From positions 1 to 58,103 of the forward strand of contig JANPEL010000298.1 of the NCBI GenBank assembly GCA_031431925.1: a DNA stretch of 58,103 nucleotides. The letters are read 5' to 3'. The translations under genes were made by a program, and so were the position numbers. The stretch comes from Gemmatimonadota bacterium (GTDB lineage Bacteria; Gemmatimonadota; Gemmatimonadetes; Gemmatimonadales; GWC2-71-9). Below, in pieces: positions 1 to 10,094 of this stretch. Every line of letters starts with the position of its first letter. The first letter of the stretch is position 1. The notes under the pieces were generated by a model. The model made no database searches. It was not told the DNA's origin and worked only from the letters and a program-made list of their open reading frames with translations.

Positions 1-732
1 GGCCGCCACGGCGCTCAACAGATACGACATGATCACCGCATCTTGATTGCCCGGCCAGTCGGTGGCCCGCGCATCGCCGCGGAGGAGCGCAATCCGATCG
101 GCTAGGCCGGCCTCGGCCACGTAGCTGGTCGCGACGTCACAAACCTTCGGAAAGTCGAGAATGGTGGCCGTCAAGGCCGGGTTCCGATGACAGAGCGTAA
201 TCGAGAACGCCCCGGTGCCGCCGGCCACATCGAGCAGGCGCCGCCACCCGACCGGCCCGAGCCGGCGGGACAACAGGTGGGCCGGCCCGAGCGAGCCGAC
301 ATGCTGGGCGACGCTGAAGTGCCGGGCTTCCTCGGGATCGACCGTGAGTTCGTAGAAAGGGCGAGCGGCCCGGCCGTGGATGGCCGGCAGCAGATCGTTC
401 ATGTGCGGATAGACCTGCCGGTCGATTTGAAACCGGAAATAGTCCCCGTAGTAGTTGGGGGACGACTTGGCGAGGAAGTTCGCGGCGGCGGGCGAATTGA
501 CGAACCGGCCCTCGGCATCGGTTCCGACGAGGCCGAGGGCCCGCAGGGCGGTGAGCAGCGTTTGCAGTCGCTTGGGCGGGATGCCCGCGGCCGCGGCTAG
601 CTCATCGAGCGTCGCCGGCTGCCGCGCCAGGCCCGAGAACAGATCGAGGTCGAGGGCGGCAAACAGGGCCTTGGAGGCCATGAAGCCGTAGCCGATCCGC
701 GACACGTCGCGAACATCCTTGAGCAGTTCCAT
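1..732 (-). CDS. SAM-dependent O-methyltransferase (COMT-like), partial; 3' end runs off the window
   Basis: Not in the ORF track because there is no stop inside the window. Own translation of the minus strand from ATG at 732: MELLKDVRDVSRIGYGFMASKALFAALDLDLFSGLARQPATLDELAAAAGIPPKRLQTLL...WRRLLDVAGGTGAFSITLCHRNPALTATILDFPKV... LDVAGGTG is SAM-binding motif I. Plus-strand ORFs 187..600 and 455..691 are antisense shadows. Confidence 0.75.
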   Translation of the reverse strand, partial: MELLKDVRDVSRIGYGFMASKALFAALDLDLFSGLARQPATLDELAAAAGIPPKRLQTLLTALRALGLVGTDAEGRFVNSPAAANFLAKSSPNYYGDYFRFQIDRQVYPHMNDLLPAIHGRAARPFYELTVDPEEARHFSVAQHVGSLGPAHLLSRRLGPVGWRRLLDVAGGTGAFSITLCHRNPALTATILDFPKVCDVATSYVAEAGLADRIALLRGDARATDWPGNQDAVIMSYLLSAVAA

Positions 733-767
733 GCTGGGTCACCTAACGACGAGATGAGTGGGGGGAA

Positions 768-3407
768 TCACGGCGCTCGCGTCAGTCGCGCCACTTCGCC
801 GAACCATCCGCGGACCATCCGAAGCCGCGGGGTCCGGCCGACGCCGCCCTCGATCACCAATACCCGCTGGCCGTCCGGTGAGACGTCGTACGATCGGCCG
901 CCGACGTTGACGAAGTCGCCCTCGTACACCACCCGTGGCTCGCCCGCGGTGAGATCGGGCGCAGTCGAGACCGACACCTCGTAGATCCGCTGGCCGCTCC
1001 GGTAGTAGAGCCGCCGGCCGTCGCGGGACCATCGCGGTTCCTCCGCGCCGCCGGCCCCCGATACCAGCCGCCGCACCCCGGTCGAGGGGAACGGTTCGAC
1101 GAAGGTCTGGTAGTCGCCGCTCTCGGCCGAGGTGTACGCGACGAAACGGCCGTCGGGGGAAATCGCCGTCCCCCACAAGGCGGCGCGTTCGGCTCTGATC
1201 ATGCTGCGCCGACCGGCGCCGCGCTCGTCCACGGAGATCCCGCGGCCAGTGCCAACGCCGATCAGCCGCTCGTCGGCGGACCATGAGTAGGCCCTCACCG
1301 AGTCGCCGGCCGGAAGGAGCCGCTCGGCGGCGCCTCCGCCGAGCGGCTTCACCCAAGTGCCGCGGTGCTCGAGCGACTCGTCGCGGTAGACGACCCGCCG
1401 GGAGTCGCTCGACCAGAAGAGCGGCGAGCCGGCAGCCCCCGTCGTGGTGATCCGCTCGCTCCGGAAGTCGCGCAGATCGTGGACCCAAAGATCGGACCCT
1501 TCCCCGGTTCCCTCGAGCACCGCCAGGTACCTGCCGTCGGGAGAGACCTCCATGCTTCCCCGGAGCCGCACCGCGAGCGGTAAGGGCTGCCGCGCGCCAT
1601 CCCGCCCGATCCACACCAGGGGATTTTCGGCGACCGCGCGGCCCACCGCGTACACGAGGGTGCCGTCCTCGGTCACCGCCCACTGCGAATTGCCGTACAC
1701 CTCGGTTCGCACGCCGGCCAGCACCGGCACCGCCGGCCCGGTGACGCGGCGCGCCATGGTGTCGAACCGCGCGGCGAAGACCGTGGAGCCACGGTTGAAG
1801 AACAGATGTCCCGCCCCATACCGGGCGTCGTACCCCGTCACCGGCAGCACCGTGTCGCGCTTGGTGGCGAGATCGAACACATGGATGCCGTCGAAGGCGC
1901 TGTAGAGCACCGACCTCCAGCCCGGCAACAGGGACGGCCAGCACGCGGCCGGACCATCCCGAAGCACCTCGACCGGACCACCATCCGCCGAGATCCGCAG
2001 GAGCCGGGTGCACTCGTCATCGGTGAACACGATATGCCCGTCCGCGCCCCAGTCGGCTCCCCCGGAGTTAGTGACCTCGGCGACTCGCACCGGTGTCCCT
2101 CCGTTGATCCGGACTTTCCGCATCTCGTTGCCGACGAAGAAGCCCACCCAGTTGCCGTCGGGCGAGAAGAAGGGGCCGTAGGCGCCCTCGGTACCGGGCA
2201 GCCGGACGGGGTCGTACGAGTCGAATGGCCGGACGTACAGCGCCGAGCGGCCCCCCACCGATCCAGCGTAGACGAGCGTCGACCCATCGCGGGAGATGGC
2301 GAACGCCCGTCGGCCGTTGCCGAGCGAGGCGGCGCCGATGAAGGCCATCGGGATGGAGTCGGGCAGCACGAGGTCGACCCGTGACACCAGCGGGGCCGCG
2401 GCCGGCGCGTCCGAACCCGACTGACCTCTGGATGCGGGCCGGAGCCAGCCCCAGAGCGCGATGGCGATAGCGGCCGCCGCAAGCGCCGAGGCGCCGATGA
2501 ACAGGCGCTTGAACGACTGGGTGCCGTTACCCCAGGCCCCCGCGGGCCTTCCCGCGGTGTTCGCCGTTGTGTAGGCGGGGTTCCCCAGGGCCTCCGCGAA
2601 TGCCTTGGCGCTCTCGAACCGGTCGGCGGGCAGCTTCTCCAGCGACCTTGCTACCGCGGCGTCGACATTCGGCGGGACCGACTTCCGTACCTCACGCACC
2701 GGCCGGGGGGTATCGGTGACGATCCGCATGATGATCTGTTGCGCCGAGGACCCCACGTGCGGCGGGTTGCCGGTCAGCATTTCGTAGAGCACCGACCCGA
2801 TCGAGTAGATGTCGGAGCGCGCGGTGATCTGCTTCTCCGCGGTCGCCTGCTCGGGACTCATGTAGTGTGGCGTGCCGAGACTCAAGCCCGTTTCGGTCAT
2901 CCGTCCGCCGGCCGCCGCACTGACCGCGAGCGCGATCCCGAAGTCGGCCACCATCGGCCGGCCGTCGTGCAGCAGGATGTTCTCGGGCTTGATGTCCCGG
3001 TGGATCACCCCGTGCCGGTGGGCGTAGTCGAGCGCGTCGGCCACCTCTCGCGCGATCCGGACCGCCTCGTCCACACCGAGCTGGGTTTCGCGATCGAGCT
3101 TGGCACGGAGGGTTTCGCCGTCGATGAACGGCATGACGTAGAAGAGGAAGCCATCCGCCGTGCCGCTATCGAACAGGGGCAAGATGTGCGGGTGCTGGAG
3201 CGCCGCTGTGGTGGTGATCTCCTGCACGAAGCGTTCGGCCCCGAGCACGGCGGCCAGCTCGGGCTTCAGCACCTTGAGCGCGACCTTCCGCCGGTGCTTC
3301 AGATCCTCGGCGAGGTAGACCGTGGCCATGCCGCCCTGGCCGAGCTCGCGCTCGATCAGGTAGCGGTCCGCCAGGGCGGTGGTCAGGCGTTCGAGGGGAT
3401 TCGGCAT
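768..3407 (-). CDS. Ser/Thr protein kinase with TM segment and C-terminal PD40/TolB-like beta-propeller repeats
   Basis: 879-aa ORF. Hanks kinase motifs are present (GQGGMATVY, VALKVLK, HRDIKPENILL, DFG, MSPEQ). Hydrophobic segment LFIGASALAAAAIAIALWGWL. The C-terminal half has repeated SPDG/FSPDG propeller motifs. Confidence 0.9.
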   Translation of the reverse strand: MPNPLERLTTALADRYLIERELGQGGMATVYLAEDLKHRRKVALKVLKPELAAVLGAERFVQEITTTAALQHPHILPLFDSGTADGFLFYVMPFIDGETLRAKLDRETQLGVDEAVRIAREVADALDYAHRHGVIHRDIKPENILLHDGRPMVADFGIALAVSAAAGGRMTETGLSLGTPHYMSPEQATAEKQITARSDIYSIGSVLYEMLTGNPPHVGSSAQQIIMRIVTDTPRPVREVRKSVPPNVDAAVARSLEKLPADRFESAKAFAEALGNPAYTTANTAGRPAGAWGNGTQSFKRLFIGASALAAAAIAIALWGWLRPASRGQSGSDAPAAAPLVSRVDLVLPDSIPMAFIGAASLGNGRRAFAISRDGSTLVYAGSVGGRSALYVRPFDSYDPVRLPGTEGAYGPFFSPDGNWVGFFVGNEMRKVRINGGTPVRVAEVTNSGGADWGADGHIVFTDDECTRLLRISADGGPVEVLRDGPAACWPSLLPGWRSVLYSAFDGIHVFDLATKRDTVLPVTGYDARYGAGHLFFNRGSTVFAARFDTMARRVTGPAVPVLAGVRTEVYGNSQWAVTEDGTLVYAVGRAVAENPLVWIGRDGARQPLPLAVRLRGSMEVSPDGRYLAVLEGTGEGSDLWVHDLRDFRSERITTTGAAGSPLFWSSDSRRVVYRDESLEHRGTWVKPLGGGAAERLLPAGDSVRAYSWSADERLIGVGTGRGISVDERGAGRRSMIRAERAALWGTAISPDGRFVAYTSAESGDYQTFVEPFPSTGVRRLVSGAGGAEEPRWSRDGRRLYYRSGQRIYEVSVSTAPDLTAGEPRVVYEGDFVNVGGRSYDVSPDGQRVLVIEGGVGRTPRLRMVRGWFGEVARLTRAP

Positions 3408-3440
3408 CGGGTGGTGAACGATAGCTCCGGTCGGGAAGCG

Positions 3441-3899
3441 TTAGGGATTTGCCTGCTCCTCGAGGGCGGCCACGTCAGCGAGATCTTTCGGGCGGCCGGC
3501 GGCCCGCTTGTTGGCGATCAAGTCCGCCCGACCTAGAAACGGTATTGGTCGGCCCCGCACCGGGCCCTCCACCCGACGCGACCAGGCCAGAGCGAAATCG
3601 GCAACCCCACTGATCCCGGTCATCAGATCGATCCGATTCGGCGGCAGTCCCAACTGGACGACCACGTTCGGCTGTTCGAGATCAGTCCGGCTCACATCAA
3701 TGGACTCGAGGGGCGCACCGAACGCCGCCAGGGCGCGCCAGGCCCGGGCCGCATTCTCCGCCGAGCGTTCGATCCACACGTCGAGGTCCTGGGTGCCTCT
3801 GGGGATGCCGTGAACCGCCAATGCGTGGGCCCCCACGACAAGGAAGCGGACTTCGGCGGTCGTCAACTCCGACAGGAGTTCGAGCCAGTCGTCCGTCAC
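3441..3899 (-). CDS. Minimal nucleotidyltransferase-fold protein (AbiEii/DUF6036-like)
   Basis: 152 aa from GTG at 3899. The GTG overlaps the upstream stop as GTGA (3896-3899). Motifs: VGAHALAVHG...TQDLDVWI (G-x / DxD NTase signature) and C-terminal GRPKDLADV. The 182-aa track ORF extending to 3989 would overlap the upstream gene. Confidence 0.55.
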   Translation of the reverse strand: MTDDWLELLSELTTAEVRFLVVGAHALAVHGIPRGTQDLDVWIERSAENAARAWRALAAFGAPLESIDVSRTDLEQPNVVVQLGLPPNRIDLMTGISGVADFALAWSRRVEGPVRGRPIPFLGRADLIANKRAAGRPKDLADVAALEEQANP

Positions 3900-4165
3900 G
3901 GCTTGATGATCTTGATCGGCATTTCGGATCGAGAATAGGTTGGAATCGGCCGCCCGGTCAGTTCCCACATCCGGTCGCGGAGCGTCCAAACCATTTCGAG
4001 CCGTTGGCCCGGGGTCGTGGTGGCCGACAGGTCATCGCCCGGCTCCTCGCCCAGGCGGAAGACCCGTACCGGCCACCGGGTCGGATCTCGGGGGATGGCG
4101 GAATGGTCGCGGTCCATGATTGAAATGTAGCGACCTTGCCGAGCCGCCGGGCGGCTTGAGTACAT
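3896..4165 (-). CDS. Small hypothetical protein, translationally coupled to the nucleotidyltransferase-fold gene
   Basis: Part of track ORF 3896..4429; the upstream part is antisense to the NHL gene. ATG at 4165 is preceded by purine-rich GGGAGGGAAGGGGA. An alternative ATG at 4117 (MDRDHSAIPRDPTRWPVRVFRLGEEP...) has no SD. No family recognised. Confidence 0.45.
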   Translation of the reverse strand: MYSSRPAARQGRYISIMDRDHSAIPRDPTRWPVRVFRLGEEPGDDLSATTTPGQRLEMVWTLRDRMWELTGRPIPTYSRSEMPIKIIKP

Positions 4166-4192
4166 TCCCCTTCCCTCCCACGGACTGAGCCC

Positions 4193-5155
4193 ATGCGGAC
4201 CCCGAGCCTCACCGTCCTCGCCCTTCTGTCCGCCGGCCCGATCGCGGCCCAGGTCGCCGAACCGCCCACCCGCGTGGAGGCCGACCAGCTCCGCCTCCGG
4301 ATCGCCGCGGGTATCCGGCTGGGTTTCGAGCCCACCAGTCTCCGCATCGTCCCACCGCGCGAGGGATGGGCGCTCGGCATGGTCTCCTGGATCGCGGCGG
4401 GCAGGGACGGCGTGACCTACCTGCTGCACCGCGGCACGGAGGTGCCCCCGATCGTGGCCATCGATCGGGATGGGCGGGTGCTCCGGTCATGGGGCGAAGG
4501 CCTCTTCGTGATGCCCCATGGCATCAGGGTGGATCCGGACGGGAACGTCTGGACCACCGACGCCGCCACCTCGATCGTGCGGAAGTTCAGCCCCGACGGG
4601 AGGCCGCTGCTGACGATCGAGGTTGGCGGCCAGCCGTCGCCGTGCCCCAACAATTTCTGCAGCACCACGGACATCGGGTTCGGGCCGGAAGGCCGGCTCT
4701 TCATCGCCGACGGCTACGCCAACGGCCGAGTGGTCGAATACACCGGGGACGGCCGCAAGGTGGCGGAACTCGGCAGCCTCGGCACCGGGCCGGGCCAGAT
4801 GCGGGTGGTCCACTCGGTCGTGGTCGGGCCGGAGGGCGTGATCTACGTGGCCGACCGGGAGAACGGCCGGATCCAGCGATTCGACCTCAAAGGAAAATGG
4901 CTCGGGATGTGGACCGGTTTCGGCAAGACCTTTTCGCTCGCGCTCGACGGCGACGCCATCTGGCTCGCCACCCAGGCGAGGGACGAACCCAACTTGGCGC
5001 CGGGTTGGCTGATCAAGGTGGACCGGTCTACCGGGAAGATGCTGGGGTACGTGAACTCCGAAGGCAACCATGGCGTGACGGTCGCACCGAACGGCGACCT
5101 TTTGCTCGGTCCCGGGCCGGCCCGGGTGCCGGCGCACTACCGACGGATCCCCTGA
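4193..5155 (+). CDS. Secreted NHL-repeat beta-propeller protein (peptidyl-alpha-hydroxyglycine amidating lyase-like)
   Basis: 320-aa ORF with signal peptide MRTPSLTVLALLSAGPIAAQ. Repeated NHL-type motifs: HGIRVDPDGNVWTTD, GRLFIADGYANGRVVEY, GVIYVADRENGRIQRFD. Confidence 0.8.
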   Translation: MRTPSLTVLALLSAGPIAAQVAEPPTRVEADQLRLRIAAGIRLGFEPTSLRIVPPREGWALGMVSWIAAGRDGVTYLLHRGTEVPPIVAIDRDGRVLRSWGEGLFVMPHGIRVDPDGNVWTTDAATSIVRKFSPDGRPLLTIEVGGQPSPCPNNFCSTTDIGFGPEGRLFIADGYANGRVVEYTGDGRKVAELGSLGTGPGQMRVVHSVVVGPEGVIYVADRENGRIQRFDLKGKWLGMWTGFGKTFSLALDGDAIWLATQARDEPNLAPGWLIKVDRSTGKMLGYVNSEGNHGVTVAPNGDLLLGPGPARVPAHYRRIP

Positions 5156-5180
5156 ACGCGGGGCCAACTATATTTCAGCC

Positions 5181-6548
5181 ATGCCTCTCAACGTCCATGA
5201 CAACATCCTCGGCGCGATCGGCCACACCCCGCTGATCCGTCTCAACGCCATCGTCCGTGATGTCCCGGCCACGGTCTACGCCAAGGTCGAGACGTTCAAT
5301 CCCGGCCACAGCATCAAGGACCGAATGGCGCTCCGGATGGTCGAGGACGCCGAGCGGAGCGGGGTGCTCAAGCCAGGCGGCACGATCATCGAAGGCACCA
5401 GCGGCAATACGGGAATGGGCCTCGCGCTCGCGGCGATCGTCAAGGGCTACCGCTGCATCTTCACTACCACCGACAAACAATCGCGCGAGAAGGTCGACGC
5501 GCTCCGGGCCTTCGGCGCCGAGGTGGTGGTGTGCCCGACCGACGTCGATCCCGAAGATCCGCGCTCCTACTATTCAGTGTCGTCCCGGCTGGTGGCTGAA
5601 ACGCCCAACAGCTGGAAACCCAACCAGTACGACAACCTCAGCAACTCGGCGGCCCACTACGAATCGACCGGGCCGGAAATCTGGGAGCAGACCGAGGGCC
5701 GGGTGGCCCATTTGGTGGTGGGGGTCGGGACCGGCGGGACGATCTGTGGCACCGGCCGGTACTTGAAAGAGAAGAACCCCGCCATCAAGGTGTGGGGCAT
5801 CGATACCTACGGGTCGGTCTTCAAGAAGTACAAGGAGACTGGAATTTTCGACAAGCACGAGATTTACCCGTACGTGACCGAAGGCATTGGCGAGGATTTC
5901 CTGCCCGCCAACGTCGATTTCAGTGTCGTCGACCATTTCGAGAAAGTGACCGACCGGGACGCGGCGATCTTTACCCGTGAGTTGGTCCGGAGCGAGGGGA
6001 TCTGGGCCGGGAACTCAGCCGGGTCGGCGCTGGCGGGGCTGCTGCAGCTCAAAGACCGGTTCAAGGCGGGTGAGATCGTGGTGGTGATCTTCCATGATCA
6101 CGGCACCCGGTACATCGGCAAGATGTTCAACCCGGACTGGATGCGGCGGATGGGCTACGAGAATCTCGAAGGGCCGACCGCCCGAAGCCTGGTCAAGACC
6201 AAGACCGGCGCGGACCTGGTTGGGGTCGAGGAGACCGCCACGGTGGAGCAGGCGCTGGCGCGGATGGTGGCCAACGACTTTTCGCAGATCCCGGTGACCA
6301 AGGAAGAGCGGGTCGTCGGCTCATTGCGGGAGGCCCATGCCTACGCCTGTATCGTCAAGGATCACCAGGTCCGGCATGCTCCGGTCCGGTCGATCATGCA
6401 GCCGGCCTTTCCGTTCGTCGATATCGAAACCCCGGTGGAATTACTGGCGCCGATGATCACCCCGGAAAACCCGGCCGTGCTGGTCCGGGACTTCCCGGCC
6501 GCCAAGACCTACGTGCTCACCGGCTACGACGTGCTGCAGGCGATCTAG
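5181..6548 (+). CDS. Cystathionine beta-synthase (PLP cysteine-synthase fold plus C-terminal CBS pair)
   Basis: 455-aa ORF. Motifs: GHTPLIRLN...[16 protein letters not shown] (PLP lysine motif) and GTSGNTG. The C-terminal ~130 aa is CBS-domain-like. Confidence 0.9.
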   Translation: MPLNVHDNILGAIGHTPLIRLNAIVRDVPATVYAKVETFNPGHSIKDRMALRMVEDAERSGVLKPGGTIIEGTSGNTGMGLALAAIVKGYRCIFTTTDKQSREKVDALRAFGAEVVVCPTDVDPEDPRSYYSVSSRLVAETPNSWKPNQYDNLSNSAAHYESTGPEIWEQTEGRVAHLVVGVGTGGTICGTGRYLKEKNPAIKVWGIDTYGSVFKKYKETGIFDKHEIYPYVTEGIGEDFLPANVDFSVVDHFEKVTDRDAAIFTRELVRSEGIWAGNSAGSALAGLLQLKDRFKAGEIVVVIFHDHGTRYIGKMFNPDWMRRMGYENLEGPTARSLVKTKTGADLVGVEETATVEQALARMVANDFSQIPVTKEERVVGSLREAHAYACIVKDHQVRHAPVRSIMQPAFPFVDIETPVELLAPMITPENPAVLVRDFPAAKTYVLTGYDVLQAI

Positions 6549-7342
6549 AACCGGCAGTCGATCGTTCCGTAGGGTCCGAAATCGATATGGAACTCATCGC
6601 CTGGTCGCGCCGCGACCGGGCTCACGAACGAACCGCCTAACACCACTTCGCCGGGTTCGAGGGCCACGCCGTGGGGCGCCAGTTTATTGGCGAGCCAGGC
6701 CACGCCGTTGGCCGGATGGTTGAGCACCGCCGCCGCCACGCCCGACACTTCAATCTCCCCGTTCCGGTAGCAGAGCGCCGAAACCCAACGCATGTCGCCC
6801 TCGGTGGGCTTGAAGGGGCGGCCGCCGAGCAGGATGCCGGCGTTGGCGGCGTTGTCGGAGATAGTATCGGTGACCTTCCGGGTCACCTTGGTCTCCGGGT
6901 CGATCTGCTGGATCCTCGCGTCGATGATCTCGACCGCCGGCACCACGGAGTCGGCGGCCGCGAGCACGTCCGCCAAGGTACAGTCGGGGCCGCTGAGCCG
7001 GCGGCCGAGCACGAAGGCCAGCTCCACCTCGACCCGGGGCACGATGAACCGATCGGGCGGGATGGTGGCCCCGTTGTCGAAGAACATGTCGTCGAGGAGC
7101 ACGCCGTAGTCCGGCTCCGAGATGTTCGAGGCATACTGCATGGCTTTGGATGTGAGGCCGATCTTGTGGCCCTTCACCGTCCGGCCCCTCGCCAGCTTCA
7201 TCGCGACCCAGTGGCCCTGAATCGCATAGCCGTCGGCGATGGTCAGGTCCGGAAACTCGAGGGAGAACTGCCGGATCTGTTTCCGGCTCCGTTCCGATTC
7301 GTCGAGCCGGCGGGCCAACTCGGCGTATAGTGCGGGGTCCAC
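6545..7342 (-). CDS. hpaH: 2-oxo-hept-3-ene-1,7-dioate hydratase
   Basis: 265 aa. Near-colinear with remembered E. coli HpaH: [69 protein letters not shown]. Confidence 0.9.
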   Translation of the reverse strand: MDPALYAELARRLDESERSRKQIRQFSLEFPDLTIADGYAIQGHWVAMKLARGRTVKGHKIGLTSKAMQYASNISEPDYGVLLDDMFFDNGATIPPDRFIVPRVEVELAFVLGRRLSGPDCTLADVLAAADSVVPAVEIIDARIQQIDPETKVTRKVTDTISDNAANAGILLGGRPFKPTEGDMRWVSALCYRNGEIEVSGVAAAVLNHPANGVAWLANKLAPHGVALEPGEVVLGGSFVSPVAARPGDEFHIDFGPYGTIDCRF

Positions 7343-7355
7343 GGGGTCTCCGGCG

Positions 7356-7745
7356 TTAGGGTTGCTTGAAGCGCGCGTGCAGGTTGTTGTGTTTCCAGCT
7401 CCAGGCCTCGCTCGTTTCGTGAAGCTCGAACGAAAGCGCCAGGGGCCGGGTCTGAAACAGCTCGGCGAAGTGCTCCTTGATCATCGCGAAGAGCAGGTCG
7501 CCGGTGGCACGTTTGACGGCCTCCGGGCGGCCCGCGCCGATCGTGAGCCGGGCGTGGACGAATCCGTAGTCGGCGGCCTGGTCGGCCACGGCGTATTCAG
7601 TGAGCCGGTGGGCCCGGGACCGGATCCCGCCGGTTGGAAAGACCCCGCCCTGATCCATGAGGATCCGGTTGGCCTTGGCGAGCAACTCGGGAATCCGGGC
7701 GGCGTCGCCCAGGTTGTCGGTGTATTCGACGATGAGATGGGGCAT
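7356..7745 (-). CDS. hpaF: 5-carboxymethyl-2-hydroxymuconate delta-isomerase
   Basis: 129 aa. [12 protein letters not shown]...GGIRSRAH...[14 protein letters not shown]...LALSFELHE matches the HpaF/HpcD pattern. Confidence 0.9.
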   Translation of the reverse strand: MPHLIVEYTDNLGDAARIPELLAKANRILMDQGGVFPTGGIRSRAHRLTEYAVADQAADYGFVHARLTIGAGRPEAVKRATGDLLFAMIKEHFAELFQTRPLALSFELHETSEAWSWKHNNLHARFKQP

Positions 7746-7750
7746 CGGTG

Positions 7751-8491
7751 CTAACCTCCCACGATGGTACTGGTCAAACGGCCGACACCCTCGACTTCGG
7801 TGGTGACGACATCGCCGGCCTGAACGTTGGCGAGTCCGTCGGGTGTGCCGGTGAGAATGAGGTCCCCCGGCGAGAGGGTCAGGAAACCGCTCAGATACTC
7901 GATCAGCCAGGCCACCGAGAAAATCATCGCGCTCGTCGAACCCGTCAGGGTCTCGCGACCGTTCACGGTGGTTCGGAGCCGGAGGTTCGTGGGGTCAAGC
8001 ACGTCGGCCCGGTCGACGAGCCAGGGGCCCAGCGGGGTGGCATGGTCCCGCCCTTTGACCCGGAGATTCGGCCGGTAGTAATTCTCGAGGTAGTCGCGGA
8101 ACGCGTAGTCGTTGGCCACCGTGTAGCCGGCCACATAGTCGAGTGCATCGGCCTGGCGGACCCGGCGGGCGGTTCGGCCGATGACCACGGCCAGTTCGCA
8201 CTCGTAGTGCATGAAGGTCACGTCGGCGGGGCGACGGACCCGGCTCAGGTGGCCGCAGATCGTGTTGGCCCCTTTGAGAAAGACCAACGGTTCGGTCGGC
8301 GGCGCGAAGGCGAGTTCCTTGGCGTGGTCAGCGTAGTTGAGGCCAACGGCAAAGATGGTTCGCGGCACCAGCGGCGGGAGCCACCCCACGTCCGCTTCGG
8401 CCAGCATCCGGCCGTCGGATAGGCGAACCATCCCGTCGGAGTCGGTGGCCGCCCATTCGGTTCCCTGGAACATCACCCGGGCCCGCTTCAT
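7751..8491 (-). CDS. hpaG: HpaG C-terminal-domain homolog (FAH family; 5-oxopent-3-ene-1,2,5-tricarboxylate decarboxylase / 2-hydroxyhepta-2,4-diene-1,7-dioate isomerase) as a separate gene
   Basis: 246 aa. GLNYADHAKEL, PLVFLKG, MHYECELAVVIG, DYVAGYTVANDYAFRDYLENYYRPNLRVKGRD, GDLILTGTP closely match the second half of E. coli HpaG. Confidence 0.9.
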   Translation of the reverse strand: MKRARVMFQGTEWAATDSDGMVRLSDGRMLAEADVGWLPPLVPRTIFAVGLNYADHAKELAFAPPTEPLVFLKGANTICGHLSRVRRPADVTFMHYECELAVVIGRTARRVRQADALDYVAGYTVANDYAFRDYLENYYRPNLRVKGRDHATPLGPWLVDRADVLDPTNLRLRTTVNGRETLTGSTSAMIFSVAWLIEYLSGFLTLSPGDLILTGTPDGLANVQAGDVVTTEVEGVGRLTSTIVGG

Positions 8492-9120
8492 TCCCGCTCC
8501 ACCGGATTCTCGAGAACCCCGACCCCCGCGATCACGATCCGGACCCGGTCACCGGGGGTGGCGAGGGGCGGCTCGTGGGGCTCGCAGAGGAGCAGGATAT
8601 CGCCGGGTTCGAAGGTGATGAATTGGGAGACGTCCGCCAACAGGTGGGCGGCGCCGCGCACCAATCCCCGGCCATCCGCCCGGCACACGATCCGGCCATT
8701 CACTTCGATGACGACCTCGAGACCGTCTGGGTCGAGCGCGCCGCCGGGGTCCACCACCGGCCCGATGGGACAGAAGCCATCGGGGCAGCGCTCTTTGATG
8801 GCCGGCCGGTAGTGCGACTGGTAGGGGATGCTCACGTCGTTGGCCACCACCAGGCCGGCCAAGTGGGCCAGGGCTTCGTCCGGCCCGACGCCGGACATGG
8901 TGCGCCCGATGACCAGGCCCACGGTGCCTCCCATCCGGAGGGCGGGCACCCCGGCCGGGCAGGGGATCGGATCGCCGGGGCCGATCCAGGTGTTGGCCGG
9001 CTTCAAGTGCAACACCGGGGCCTTGGGCGGGGCCTTATAGGGGTCCCGGTTGAGCGCATCGCCTAACGCCCGCCATGTCTCCAGCCGGTTGAGCGCCGCC
9101 GCATAGACCGTCCGGCTCAT
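8488..9120 (-). CDS. hpaG: HpaG N-terminal-domain homolog (FAH family) as a separate gene
   Basis: 210 aa from ATG at 9120 (ATGA overlap with the hpaD stop). MSRTVYAAALNR...DPYKAPPKAPVLHLKPANTWIG matches the E. coli HpaG N-terminus (SPYKAPPK motif). The longer 353-aa track ORF is an Arg/Pro-rich extension overlapping hpaD. Confidence 0.85.
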   Translation of the reverse strand: MSRTVYAAALNRLETWRALGDALNRDPYKAPPKAPVLHLKPANTWIGPGDPIPCPAGVPALRMGGTVGLVIGRTMSGVGPDEALAHLAGLVVANDVSIPYQSHYRPAIKERCPDGFCPIGPVVDPGGALDPDGLEVVIEVNGRIVCRADGRGLVRGAAHLLADVSQFITFEPGDILLLCEPHEPPLATPGDRVRIVIAGVGVLENPVERE

Positions 9121-10085
9121 GAGATGTAGGTCGGGATGCCCGACAACGCCGATTCCCGGACCGGCGACCCGGCCCCGTCGAATGACTCGACCACTGATCC
9201 CTCGGTAAACCACCGCTTCGGCGCGGGGCCGCCCCACAGTTGCTGGCGCCGGATGTCGTCCCGGTCCCACCGGATCGGCTCGAAGTCGGGATCCACGGTG
9301 AGATAGTCCGAGCTGTACAACTCGATCCGGTGGCCGTCGGGGTCGCGAAGGTAGAGGTAGAACGCGTTCGAGATCCCATGGCGACCGGGACCGCGTTCGA
9401 TCTGGGCTTCCATCCGCGCGCCCGCCAAGATGTCGCAGAGCTGAGTGACCCGGCTTCCGTCGGGGAGGTAGTAGGCGAAGTGGTGCATCCGGGGTCCGGC
9501 GCCGTTGGTGATGGCGAGATCGTGGACGTTGCCCTTGCGGTGCATCCACGCGGCCCAGGTCACCCCGTCCTTATCCTCGGTGAACTCGCTCAGGCGGAAT
9601 CCCTGGGTCCGCTGGTACCACGCCGCCATGGCGCCCACGGTCGGACTGAACAGGTTCACGTGGTCGATCCGGGTGATCCCGGGGCCCCGGTGAAGATCGT
9701 AGCGTTGAAGCAGCCACGGGTGGCGAACCGACTGATAGTAGTAGGTCATCGGAAAGCCGAACGGGTCCTGGATTCGGAGCATCGAGGGCCGGTCGAGTTC
9801 GGATTCCCGCCGAGTGGCCAGGCCTTCGGCGCGGGCCAGAGCCTCCAAATGATCGAGGGCGGCCTCGGACCCGACCTTGAAGCCGAATTGCCGGACCTGC
9901 GGGACGGGGCCGGTCTCGAGTTTGAGGCTCCACTCCCGATCCTCGACCCCGCGGAGGTAGAGCGCGCCGGGGGTTTCGTGGAGCACGTTCAAGCCCAGCA
10001 GGTCGACGTAGAACCGTTTCGAAGCCGCGAGGTCAGCCACCGACAGCACCACGTGGCCGATCCGGATGATCTCTGGAGGCGTCAT
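9117..10085 (-). CDS. hpaD: Homoprotocatechuate (3,4-dihydroxyphenylacetate) 2,3-dioxygenase, type I extradiol (VOC fold)
   Basis: 322 aa. AAWMHRKGNVHD, GPRMHHFAY, IERGPGRHGISNAFYLYLRDPDGHRIELY closely match the Brevibacterium/Arthrobacter HPCD/MndD type rather than the LigB-type E. coli HpaD. Confidence 0.9.
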   Translation of the reverse strand: MTPPEIIRIGHVVLSVADLAASKRFYVDLLGLNVLHETPGALYLRGVEDREWSLKLETGPVPQVRQFGFKVGSEAALDHLEALARAEGLATRRESELDRPSMLRIQDPFGFPMTYYYQSVRHPWLLQRYDLHRGPGITRIDHVNLFSPTVGAMAAWYQRTQGFRLSEFTEDKDGVTWAAWMHRKGNVHDLAITNGAGPRMHHFAYYLPDGSRVTQLCDILAGARMEAQIERGPGRHGISNAFYLYLRDPDGHRIELYSSDYLTVDPDFEPIRWDRDDIRRQQLWGGPAPKRWFTEGSVVESFDGAGSPVRESALSGIPTYIS

Positions 10086-10094
10086 GTCCGGGTC

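Noticed and set aside
187-691. Plus-strand ORFs 187..600 and 455..691
   Set aside because: The minus strand over 1..732 encodes a convincing O-methyltransferase with a SAM motif. The plus-strand ORFs are shadows of it.
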